From contig OZ024746.1 in the NCBI GenBank assembly GCA_964016885.1, forward strand, positions 25,544,001 to 25,608,000: a DNA stretch of 64,000 nucleotides. Reading direction: 5' to 3'. Shown here one piece after another: positions 12,091 to 24,020 of this stretch; the first letter of the stretch is position 1, and every line of letters begins with the position of its first letter. The notes below the pieces were generated by a model. It worked only from the letters and a program-made list of their open reading frames with translations, searched no databases and was not told the origin of the DNA. The stretch comes from Eledone cirrhosa. Taxonomy: Eukaryota. Both the position numbers and the translations under genes were made by a program.

Positions 12091-14147
12091 ATATCTCAAC
12101 AAAAGCACGGGGGAGGTAATTAACAATGCATCATTTCTCGCTAATTAGCAGTTATCATGACTACATATCTCCCTACTTTTGCTGAGGTTAAAATAAGCTA
12201 GAATCTTATAGATTTCTGCTTATATTTAAGAGCTGATTATACATATATTTATTTCTCTCCCAATTTGTGAACAATGGTAGTCAATGGTTATGGCTCTCCA
12301 GTTGGTCAACCCCAGATTCAATGAATTTCTGATGATGGAAGTGACACCAGTTTTCACTGATATACATCTGTGAAACAAACAAACACACATGTGAGCATGC
12401 ATGTACAAACATACATGTACATACACCTATTTACATGCATGCACAGAGGTGCATAGACACATCATTTTTATGTCCACTTTTCCATGCAGGCATTGGTTAA
12501 ACAAAACTTTTCAAGGCAGTGTTTTACAGCCAGATGCCTTTTCTGATTCTAACCTTTTTAATCCATCCTTATTAGATGCAATGATATGGTGTACTTATTC
12601 TAAAAACCAGGATACTTCTACATACATGTAAACAATATGATCGACTAAATCCCTTCAAAGTAGTGCCTCAGCATGGTTGCTGTTTAATGGTTGAAACAAG
12701 TAAGAGTAACTGTATGCCTCAGACATTATATTCAATATCAAGAAGAATAGTTTTGTTAAAACTATCTTAGCAACACAGCAATTTCATTTCTATATAAGTT
12801 GGCCAGATAAGCCAACCTATGAGAGCAATAACAACAGCAACATATATATCACAGAAAATATATTTTGGATCATTCAGAACATTTGCACCCCACCTTTTTT
12901 GTATACATTTTGTGATCTATGAATCTTAAAGGAAAATTTTAGACTGTTTTTATGAGTGTGGTTTTTGTGTGGCAGCAAGACAAAAATCCTGTCCATTCAC
13001 TATTACATATATTAATTAATATTATATTACAAAAATATTAAAATTCAAAATATACTCACCAGCAGCAGACAACCAAACAGCTTACTACTACAAGATTCAG
13101 ATGATTACTAGTGTTATCTAAACATTTATTATGAAAGTATGACCTTTGTAAAGTTCATGATTAGCAGGTTGCACAGACCGGTAAGACTCAGATACTTTCA
13201 CATGAGCTTACCACAATTAGCCATGGTAACATATCATTACTATCACCATTGTCATTTTACATTCACTTTCTATGCAGGTATGGGATGGACAGGTTGACAT
13301 TGTCTGAGAATACACAGGCCAGAAAGACTTCATTTTGCTCATGCATACAATGTCCAACATGGTTTCTATGGCTGGATACCTTTCCTAATGCCAACCACTT
13401 TACAGAGCATTTTATTGTGACACCAGCACTACTATATGATGGCAAGTATAAGGTGTATTTTATCGTGACACTAGCACTACCATATGACGGCATGTACTGA
13501 GTGCATTTTGTGACACCAACACTACCATATGAAAGCACTTACTGGGTGTATTTTATCATGGGACAAGCACTACTGCTTTCTAGTGTGTATTGGGAGTATT
13601 TTATTGTGGCATTAGCACTACCTCTTTAGATTGTATTGGGTAGATATTATTGTGGCACCAATACTACCACTTTACAGAGAATAGTGGGTGCATTTTAATC
13701 ATTGTACCAGCATTACAACTTTACAGAGTGTACCAGATGCATTTTATCATGGCACAAATAAAATCACAGATAGGAAAACTGTTGTTTACATCACATGCAT
13801 TCTATATAAAATTAAATTTTAAACTGAATCTTGTTATTGAATAAGTTTCAATGAATCAACAAAACACATTAAAAATTGGGGAAGTCTCCATAAAAAAATA
13901 AATTTCTAATAACTTAAAGACATCAAATTTGTATGACATACCTAACTTCCAATTTCTAATTAATATTTTTGTTAAAAAAAATGTTTAATGATGATTTTAT
14001 TCCTTATCACCGTTTTACATCCATTTTCCATACTGGCATGGGTTATATGAGTTGTCATGATCTGAAACTAGCTTTCTTAGTGTTGTTAGAGCAAGAAGTG
14101 TCAAAAACAAGGTTTGTCAGCTTGCAAAACTATATAATAATATATAA

Positions 14148-14332
14148 TAATTGTTTCTACTTTTGGCACAAGGCCAGCAATTACCCAGTGTATTACTGGT
14201 ACTTTATTTTATCGACCCCGTAAGGATGAAAGGCAAAGTTAACCTCGTGGGATTTAAACTCAGAATGGCAAGGGCCGTAACTCTATGCATCAAAGCATGG
14301 CGTCTGACCCTCTACCGATACTGCCAATCCAC
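14148..14332 (-). mobile_element. tRNA-derived SINE
   Basis: Matches the family consensus. Confidence 0.85.
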
Positions 14333-14444
14333 CAATAATGAAAATGATTGTGTACAGTGCTCAGGTGCACTACAACTCATTAAAGGTGCAAATATGGTAC
14401 ATAGAATAATGTACAAATGTCAGGAAAGTGAACAGTGTATGAGT

Positions 14445-14905
14445 CATGATCATCATCACCATTTTACGTCCGTTCTTCCATGCTAGCATGGGTTAGACAG
14501 GTTGTCCTGTTGTGGGCAGTGTCTGGTCGGCTGACCTTGTCTTGCTCATATGGGAACTGATTTTGGCATGATTTCTGCAGCTAGATGCTCTTCCTAACAC
14601 CAACCTCATTTACAGTGAGTGCTGGGTTCTTTTTTTCCGTGGTGCCTACACGTCCACTTTGCAGTGTGGGCTGGGTGCTTTTTTGCTGTGGCACCTCTAC
14701 GACCACTTTGCAGTGGGGGCATATTTTTTGTCTATATGCTTCAGCTTCGGCTTGTACCCGTATTACTGCGTGACGCCAGAGGTCACGGTTGTGTGTCATC
14801 GCCTTTGAGAGGTGTAATTGGGTAAGGTTGGCTTTTATCACCTCATCCCAGGTCTTCTTGGGTCTCCCCACTCCGCAGCTTCCATCGACTTCTAGTGCTA
14901 CGCAT
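14445..14905 (-). mobile_element. RTE LINE 3' end
   Basis: GVGRPKKTWDEVIK..RDLWR; near-identical to the 3' end of the copy at 33225-35580. Confidence 0.85.
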
Positions 14906-15429
14906 ATACACACAAATACATTCGTGCTTGTGTATGGAGGGGGAATATCAGGTGTAGAGTAGGCGAATTTTGGGAAGCATGTAAGTTTTGAAGGATGCAG
15001 TGTCCTGGTATGCTAAAATTATTTTATTCCAAATAAGTGATGTGCACATTGTAGGGCTATCCTAGGGCACTAAATACCCAGGTGTTGGCTCTGTTCTGCA
15101 CCAAAATACCATCTATTCACAGCACATCTGCATATTAGTGGAGTATATATTCCTCAAACAGTGGCTAATTCCTCTCCTGCATTGTCCCTTTCTCTCAACA
15201 CACTGCAACAGATCAGTTTCTGCTCACATAAAACTTCTCAACCAGATCATCAAAAAAGCCATCATACTAACTGGTAAACTGTCAACTATAAACACACTTC
15301 AGTTACTGTTTCTCCCACTGTCGATTTTTTTTTTTCTTTTACAACGGTTCTGCCTCTACAGAACTAGCAAGCTGTATACTAATCCCATCCAATTAACATA
15401 CCTCTCTACCTCTCTCTTCCTAGAGGTAG

Positions 15430-15590
15430 TGGGATGATAGTGGTGTTAGTGGAAATGATGATGATAATATTGATGATGATGATAATGATGGTGGTAGTGG
15501 TGATGGTAATGGTGATGATGCTGATAATAGTTGTAGTGATGATGAGTGGTGGTAGTGATGATGATGATGTTGGAGGAGGTGATGATGACA
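15430..15590. repeat. (GAT/GGT)n trinucleotide microsatellite
   Basis: Direct inspection. Confidence 0.9.
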
Positions 15591-17124
15591 ACAATTACAA
15601 GGATGGTGGCAACAAACTGGCAGAGTTTTCAAAACATAGGACACAAAATGACTTGTGGTATTTGTTCCAATGCTCTGTGCTCTGGGTTCACATTCCATTG
15701 AGGTCATCTTTACCTTTCACCCTTTCATGATCAGTAAATAAAATAGTAGTCTATGTTGGAGGATTGGCAAAATTGTTAGAATGTTAGACAAGATGCCTTC
15801 TTCTGACTCTTTGCTTTCCGAGTTAGTCAATTATCCAGGTTTAACACCACCATATGGTCCTTGGGTGGATTCAGTGTAGTCCACTCTAATGCAAGAATTC
15901 TAGTCAAGTCTGTTAAGGCTACTTTCCTCCCATTAGTCTTGGAGGCTATGTAAAGGGTCATGTGCACAACCCTTCCCTCTCCTAATAGATGGTAAACAAA
16001 AAAAAACATGGTAACTGTGACATATTGAAAAACACTGAGAAGAGAACCCATACTGATAAAATTCTCACCATTATCATCATCATCCCCACCACAACCACTG
16101 TTGCCGCTACATGCAACCAACACCATCACTATCATCATCAAAGTAGTTCTGAATTCAAATTTCTCCAAGGTCCCAATCATGGTATCCAGATTTAACACCA
16201 CCATTGAAAGTCAATAAAATATACACCCATGATACATCAGGATCCCTCAAAGGAATTCTACACAAAACTGGTATTGTTCCTAACCCTTTTGATACCAATC
16301 CACCTGAAGACTAGCTCTGGTTCTGTGATACAAAACTTTCCATTTTAAAGTGTTCATATTTATATCAAAACCTTCCATCATATTTTTTATTGAAGAAATT
16401 TTTGTTAAGTGATGTTTCAAATGTCATCGTATAAATGAAATAGTTAGTTATGTTACTAAATCCCTCCAAACTTTTAGTTATCTCTAAAATTAATTGAAAA
16501 ATCACAGGCAGTGTATTTCATTAGAAATATGAGCTAGTCAAAAGGTTTGTCATAAAATGGTGGTAATAATGGTAGAGTTAATGGGATTTTTGGAATCATT
16601 GTCATGTATCAAATAATTGTTTCTATTTTTGGCACAAGGCCAGCAATCATCCCAGTGCATTACTGGTACTTTATTTTATCGACCCCGTAAGGATGAAAGG
16701 CAAAGTTAATCTAATGCTTCACAGTTAGGTTAAAGTCTGTTTCAAACTCAAAGGCTCAACATGCCAGAGCTTATCCCAGTTTCATTGGTGTAGTGACTGA
16801 GAGTACAAGGCTACTCTCCTGACTGGACTCCTACTCATCATAGGGTTAAAGACTGTTCCATGCCAGGGGCTCATCAGGCCTGAGCTTATCTCAGTTTCAT
16901 TGGTGTTAAGTGACTGAGAATACAACACCACTCTCTGGATAGGACATCAATCTATCATAGGGTTAAATCCTAGCTACTGCTGATACTCACTTTCAGCTGT
17001 GTTGATTGGAGCAACATGAAATGAAGTGTTTTGCTAAAGAACAAAATGTGCCACCCAGTTCATGAATCAAACCCATGACATTATGATTATAACCTAAACA
17101 CCCTAACCACTAGGCCTCACACTT

Positions 17125-17305
17125 TCAGAAAATGCTTTTGTTTAAAGCCCCACAGTCCTTATTTAATATTCCATGAAATACTTCATAGTGATGGTTCAAA
17201 TTCTTCTGAACATGAAGTTTGTAACGGCTTCCCAAGGCACCATCAGGAGAAGATGTACCATAAAAGACACGTCTTATCCGGGAATGGACCAATGCCATAG
17301 CACAC
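17125..17305 (-). CDS. ADAT3: ADAT3 coding exon 8 (last)
   Basis: [38 protein letters not shown]; AG acceptor at 17306-17307; completes the PCxMC motif. Confidence 0.93.
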
Positions 17306-18847
17306 CTGGAATAGAGAAAGAAAGATACAATAACAGAACTGAACATTTCAGAATATTTCCAGTATAATATTTATGACATTATGACATTTACATAAGTTTT
17401 ATAGAGCTTAGAATATTTATGACATTTAATGATGATGGAATGATCAACAAGATCCCAGACTTCATTCACTTACTGAGTAGGGTGGAACTTGTTAAATTGG
17501 AAAAGGAAACAATGTTTCCGAATTGAGAGATCACAGCTCCGATACTATGGACATGTGGTTAGAATGTCTCAGGAAAGAATTGCTGGACAAATTTTATGGG
17601 AAAACCAACTGGCAAGAGACCCAAAGCAAGATGGTTGGATAACATCCATGAGCTTGGCTGGTCACGTTTGGAGATCCAGTTAGATCAATTGGAGACAGTT
17701 GCTTTTGACTGGACCTGCTGGAGAGAGTGCTTGAGGACTCTGCCCCCATGACCCTCTCAGGAATAGGTGGGCAAAGAAGATTTATTTATTATCTGGCTGT
17801 CCACTTTTGGCTTATACTATTTATATCTTTCTAATAAAACTTCATGAACCATTGTTTTTGATGATAAAGGGTGAGATGAACGTGTTTAGTCAAGGCTAAC
17901 AATTTGGAGTTACATAACTGCTATTGATTAGTCAATATATTAATATTATCATGATACATTTCTCCCTTTGAAATGATCATAAAACAATGGATTAATTAAG
18001 AACTGAACATCGTATTTTTTGTTTTCCTTGTTTAACCTATATATGTTAGGTTGAACAATAAGGTTGCATTCTTTACAGAAGCATTATGTTTAGCCTTGTG
18101 TGTGTGTGTGAGTGTATGTGTGGGTGAGTACATGTGTGGTTGTGAGTCTAGGTGAGTATGTGTGTGTGTGAGCGAGAGATCATTATCAACCTCATCATCA
18201 CCACTATGTTAAAGTCTGATTTCCCACACTAGTATGGCTTGAACAGGACATTTTAAGGCAGTTTTTTATGGATTGGATGCCCTTCCTGATTCTGACACTT
18301 TTAGCTACTTTTAACATTATGCAGGGCTACATCATACTTATTCTAGAAACTAAGGTACACTTAGTGGTAAGTAAATAAATATATATTTATAGTGTACAGG
18401 GTGCATTTTATGTGGCAGCACCAACCACAAGGGAAATTATTGTGCCTTAGGCACAACTAAATAATACTGAATCCTTTGTTTGGCAAATTTTCTACTGCTG
18501 GATGCCCTTCTTAACACCATACGCACACACACACATATATATATGAATATACGTATATATATATGCACACACACACAAAGAGTGGTTGACTTAATCTGTT
18601 GCCTGGTTTAACATCATCACCTAGTCCTTGGATGCCTTCAGAGCACAGAGAGCTAGAATAAACCCCAGAAAATAATCTATTCAATGCTCTAATGCTTTTG
18701 CCAATTTGTCCCATTTCTTTAGTCAAAAATACGGTGAAAGCTATTCTATTTTCTAATTTCAAACCTGCTCACTGTTTCAAAACATACTTACTTGTCATTT
18801 ATACTCGCTAAGAATGTAGCTTCTAATTTGAATGGAAGGAGATGGGT

Positions 18848-18918
18848 GATGTGTTGGTGTAATGGTAGCACAGTGGTCTGGATAACCAAAGATGTGGGTT
18901 CGACTCCCATGTACGTCA
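18848..18918 (+). tRNA. tRNA-like cloverleaf, copy 1 (nominal anticodon GGA, non-canonical)
   Basis: Acceptor GATGTGT/GTACGTC, D arm GTGT/GCAC, TGGT/ACCA arm with loop CTGGATA, T arm GTGGG-TTCGACT-CCCAT; A and B boxes; TTTTT at 18928-18932. Confidence 0.65.
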
Positions 18919-19111
18919 ATACTCATCTTTTTCCATTTATCTGAGGGTTCTAGCTAAACCCCATTATTAGACTAAAATTTCTTTAGTCAAAAATACGGTG
19001 AAAGCTATTCTATTTTCTAATTTCAAACCTGCTCACTGTTTCAAAACATACTTACTTGTCATTTATACTCGCTAAGAATGTAGCTTCTAATCTGAATGGA
19101 AGGAGATGGGT

Positions 19112-19183
19112 GATGTGTTGGTGTAAATGGCAGCACAGTGGTCTGGATAACCAAAGATGTGGGTTCGACTCCCATGTACATCA
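19112..19183 (+). tRNA. tRNA-like cloverleaf, copy 2
   Basis: Same fold; acceptor 3' strand GTACATC turns a U-G pair into U-A; one extra nucleotide in the D loop. Confidence 0.62.
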
Positions 19184-20145
19184 ATACTCATCTTTTTCCA
19201 TTTATTTGAGGGTTCTAAACCCCATTATCAGACTAAAATTTCTTTAGTCAAAAATACGGTGAAAGCTATATATATATATATATATAATTATTTTGGTCGT
19301 GTGTGTATGTGAAGGGGAGGTTAATTAGGCTAGGAGGTTGAATATTGAAAGTTAGTATTGTCTGGTCTTTATTATGATGGTGGTAATCTGTTAGACATGC
19401 AGTGACTAACAACAGAATGTTTTAAGTCTGCGTTTCTGACATATATGCGTAGCTTGTGAATAAAAAATTCAAGGGGTTTCGCTGGTCGTGGTGATCCCTG
19501 CCAAACATCTTTTGTAATGCATTGTCTTATTGGCTAATCAACCAATGAGAGTAATTGTTGCTCAAAAGCATCCGCCACTTTGTTTGCACGTTTATTTATC
19601 GTTTCGCTTTCGAATCTTCCTCCTGTATTTCGTCGTTTATCATCAAAATATTTTTCTCATTTTGGTAAGTTATATTGTTAATTTATATATGATTTTTTAA
19701 ATTTATATTAACTATTTTTTTTCAGTTCGTTATAACATGCTTATAATATTGGTTGTATCATATTTACTTGTATATTTGTCCATATTATTATTCGTTTTAT
19801 GTTAGATCATTTTATTATTATGTTAGATTATTTTTTTTATTATTATGTTAGACTATTGTATGTAATATTTAATTTTTATTAATTCAACTATAACAATTAT
19901 TATGTAAAATATATTTATTTAATATTGATTGTTTTTTGTAGTTGTTTATATTAAAAGTCTGAAAATATTTTTATACATCTTACACTAATATTTATAAGAT
20001 CATTTACAATAACAATTATATAATCTAATTACATTTTTCAGGTCTAGTACAATATGGTCATGATTTGGCATCAGTTGACTTGTATGTAGTAGTCCTATTT
20101 TTTTTTCATTCCTGTGTAGGTTGTTAGTATAGTTAAGAGATCAAC

Positions 20146-21130
20146 TATCATCATCATCATTTAACGTTTATCTTCCACACTAGCATGGGTTTAGACGGGA
20201 GTTGTCCCACTTGAGGCAAGATTGCTTTTCTCGCTCGTATAGGACTGTCTGACAGGTTTTATACGGCTGGATGCTCTTCCTAACACCAACCACGTTTACA
20301 GTGTGGACTGGGAGGTTTTTACCGTGTTACCTACACGGCCACATTACAGCATGGACTGTGTGTTTTTTTTGCCATGACACCTACACGACCTCATTTGTTT
20401 AGGACTGGATGTTGTGGTACCAACATAACTTTACAGAGAAAGGGGTGGTGTTGATAGGGAGTGGGAGTAGGGGTAGTGGGATGGGGGTGTATATTTGGTT
20501 AAGAGGTGCCTACTGACTGTAGGTTTCGCTATGTACATAGGCAGGGCGGGTCCTCTGTATTTCTGCGTAGTGCCAAAAATCTCAGTCCAGTGTCATTGTC
20601 CTAGAGAGGTGTGTGTAAGGTTGGAATTTATCAAATCGTCCCAGGTTTTTCTGGGTCTGCCCACTCCATAACTTCCATCAATTTTGATCGCCCTGCACTT
20701 TTTTATACCGCTGTTGTCTTTCATGCGCATCACGTGACCATACCAACATAGTCTTCTCTCAAGTAAACAGCATCTGATCCCTCTTATTCCTAATTTCTCA
20801 CTTAGTTCATTTATGCTTTGTCGTTCGCGTATATTACTATTACACATCCAACGGAGCATGCAAGCTTCGTTCCTCTCCAGTCTGCGCAGATCCTCTCCAC
20901 ACAATGCCTATGTCTCACTGCCATGCAACACTGCTGTTCATATGCAGGCATCATACAGTCTGCCTTTCATTTTTAGAGAGAAACCTTTGGCGGCCAATAA
21001 TGGTATAAACTCTCTGAACTTTTTCCATCCCGTTCTGACTCTGGCTACTGTACTTTTAGAGCACCCTCCACCACTGCTGATTTCATCACCCAGGTAGCGG
21101 AAGGTGTCCACTATTTCTATAGAACCATAT
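20146..21130 (-). mobile_element. RTE LINE 3' fragment
   Basis: Close paralogue of 10831-12090 (RNEACMLRWMC, WYGHVMRM); (GAT)n tail. Confidence 0.9.
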
Positions 21131-21829
21131 GTTGTCTATATATTACTAAGTGGAATATATAATTGTGTGTGTGTGTATGTATATATGTATGTATGTGTGC
21201 GTGCATGGAAATATTCGGTTTGATACATAAGCACTTGGTTAGCCAACAGAGAGTGACAAATACCTGAAGTTCTTGTTAGGATGTCATTCTAGGAGAAGGA
21301 AACCTCTGATGTTAAACCCGTGACTCAATGGCAGTCAATGAAGTTGATCTGTTCTTCTTTTTGGATAACTGTCACCATTGTTCAGAGAGTGAGATTGGTC
21401 CAGTACAAGGTCTTTCTTCACTTAAAAAAGCTTAAAGCACAAGCATCACTTGATCTAAACAACTTTAATGTGTGTTGCATCAGCATGGCGTTTTCTTTTT
21501 CCTTTGACTGCAGAATATGCAGAAAGGAATTTAAGTCTTTGGCAGGGCTAAAAAGCCATGTTCATACCACCCAGTTATGAGAAAAAGGTAAAGGGATGGC
21601 AACTCTCGAAACTGAGATAAAACTAGTTTGTGTGTGTGTGTGTGGGGCGGAGGGTGTATATACATATGTATGGATGGATGTGTCTATGTATGTTTGTATT
21701 TATGTGTCATTCCTTCTTATTTCTCCATATCATTCTATGTTGATATGTATACAGTGTATATACAGTATATGAGACGTTGTTAGTTGGATAGATTGTTATC
21801 ATATTTACGAAAATGATACGCGATGGGGC

Positions 21830-22250
21830 CCACCCACAGCCCTGGCGGACAGAATGGAGAAGGCGTTTCCCCGGAGGACGGCAAGGGAGACGCACTGGAA
21901 AAGCCACTCCAACTCGCGGGGCTCACACCTGTGGCTGGCCAGCTCAGCGCCTATGATGGTGAGTAAGGAGGTAGCCCTGGGGCTGAGGACACCAGAAGTC
22001 GCCACTGCCAGGGGTACAACCGCAAACCTGTCAGAGAGCGACCGGTATTTGAGGAGTTTGGCCTCCTCAGCCCAACGTGCAGTAGAACCTAGATCAGTCG
22101 CAGACTGCACCAGGTTGTGGCTGCAGAAAGTGTTGGTGCAAGTGGCATCCCAGACGAGGGGTTTGCCACCGTGGAACAGGAAGATGGTCATGCCATCTGG
22201 CCTTTTGCCATCCCCTCGATCCAGCCCCACCAGCACTGAGCACCCTAATG
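21830..22250 (-). mobile_element. CRE-like non-LTR retrotransposon C-terminal fragment (REL endonuclease)
   Basis: GLDRGDGKRPDGMT..LVWDATC..KLLKY..PLAVATSG..SLAVLRGNA. Confidence 0.8.
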
Positions 22251-22919
22251 AGGTTAGCGTTGATGTCATGATTAAAAACACACCCAGCTCACTCTGTAAA
22301 TTGGTAGTGCTGGTGTCATGATGAAAAGCACCCAGTCCATCCTGTAAGGTGGTAGTGTTGAAGTCATGATAAAATGCCCCCAGTACATACTGTAAAGTGG
22401 TTGACATTAGGAAGTGCATTTAGCTGTAGAAACCATGCTAAAAATGGAGCATAAGAGCAGGATGTGGTCAACTGATCAGCATGCAAAATAGACGTTAAAT
22501 GGTGAGGATGATGATGATATATATATCTACTATCTCCTCTCGCCGAAGTCTATAATTTTCATAGTACTACACTTACTTATAGTCATTATCCTCATCATCA
22601 TCATTTAATGTCTATCTTCCACGCTAGCATGGGTTTAGATGGGAATTGTCCTACTTGAGGCAAGATTGGTCGAGTGACCATGTCTCGCTCGTACAGGACT
22701 GTCTGGCAGGTTTTCTACAGCTGGATGCCCTTCCGAACACCAACCACGTTTACAGTGTGATATACATATATGAAATGGCAAGAGCTTAGCCATCGGGATC
22801 CAGACTCTTTCATATAACCAAACTTTACTACCCGAAGTATTGAATACTCTAGTGAGTAATGGTCTAACTAGTTTCTACCTGAATCCTTCCTGATTTATAT
22901 ATATATGATGTTAACCTAC

Positions 22920-23034
22920 ATAATACAAGGCTCCTGGGTAACATAAAGATCATATCCAGTGCAGAGATATGGTTGGGCTTCTGTCTTTAGTGTGTCTCCA
23001 ATGACATCAAAGATTGTTGAATACTCCATTGAAT
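22920..23034 (-). CDS. ADAT3: ADAT3 coding exon 7
   Basis: PYLCTGYDLYVTQEPCI; AG/GT boundaries; phases match exons 6 and 8. Confidence 0.93.
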
Positions 23035-23783
23035 CTGAAAAATATATATTGAAATATTGATAAGAGTGTAGGCATGATTGTGTGGTTAAGGTGTTTACTT
23101 TGCAACCATGTCGTTTCAGGTTTAGTCCACAGTGCAGCACTTTCAGCAAGAGTGTTCTATTATATAACCTTGAGTTAACCAATGCCTTCTGATTGAAATT
23201 TGGTAGACAGAAATTGCAGAACCATGTCATATATATCATCATCAGCATCATCTAATGTTGTTGCTGCTGCTTTTGTTGGTTCCGACAAGAGTGCTCTTTT
23301 GTTTGACCAATAGAACAACTTACTAGTGGAATTAACATGCAAGCGTACTCTAAATGCAATTCTCAGGAAGAGTCAGTGTGATATTGTGTGTGATAAAGCT
23401 GGCCTTTTGAGTCACAGGTACAACACAGTGGACTAGAGTAATCTCATAATCAACATATTACATCTATTTTCTATGATAGAATGGGTCTGATAGGTTATAG
23501 TGGTCAAAACAAGATGTGGTCAAATAACTATGTCTTGTTCACATGTTCCATATTTTGGTATAGTTTTTACAGCTAAATATACTTCCTAATGCTAACCACT
23601 TTACAAAATGTACTGGCTGCATTTTACTGACACTAGCACTTTACAGAGTGTACTGGGTAAAACGTGCTGCCAGGAATTGAACCCACAACCTTAAAATTGT
23701 GAGCCAAATACCCTAACCACTTAGCCATATGCTTTCATACATTGATATTATTATTAACCCCCCAAATAAGTAAAAGAAGATAC

Positions 23784-23943
23784 CTTGAGGTTTCCATATG
23801 CCTCCACCTTGAGAACAAGCAACTAAATCTATACACAGCAGGGTTGCATGTTTCAGCAAATGACCTGACTGGTGACAGATATCATAAGCTGCAGCTATGA
23901 CTGTATCACAGGATGGATCAACTATCACAGCTCCAACGGAATG
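23784..23943 (-). CDS. ADAT3: ADAT3 coding exon 6
   Basis: HSVGAVIVDP..LKHATLLCIDLVACSQGGG; 160 nt, phase 0 to 1. Confidence 0.93.
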
Positions 23944-23967
23944 CTGTAAACATAAAGAGGATTATAT

Positions 23968-24020
<53 letters not shown>

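Larger units (their letters stand above)
18713..19268. repeat. Tandem duplication, units of 264 and 261 bp plus a partial third
   Basis: ATTTCTTTAGTCAAAAATACGGTGAAAGCTA at 18713, 18977 and 19238. Confidence 0.95.

Noticed and set aside
13380-13750. Regularly spaced repeats of about 43 bp (also 26400-26680) suggesting a CRISPR-like array
   Set aside because: Eukaryotic context; units are degenerate copies of the RTE 3' UTR repeat with no unique spacers and no cas genes
15820-16000. Hairpin-rich block as part of the unique structured RNA
   Set aside because: A related inverted copy at about 40560-40680 shows it is a repeat, so the structure may be inherited from the element
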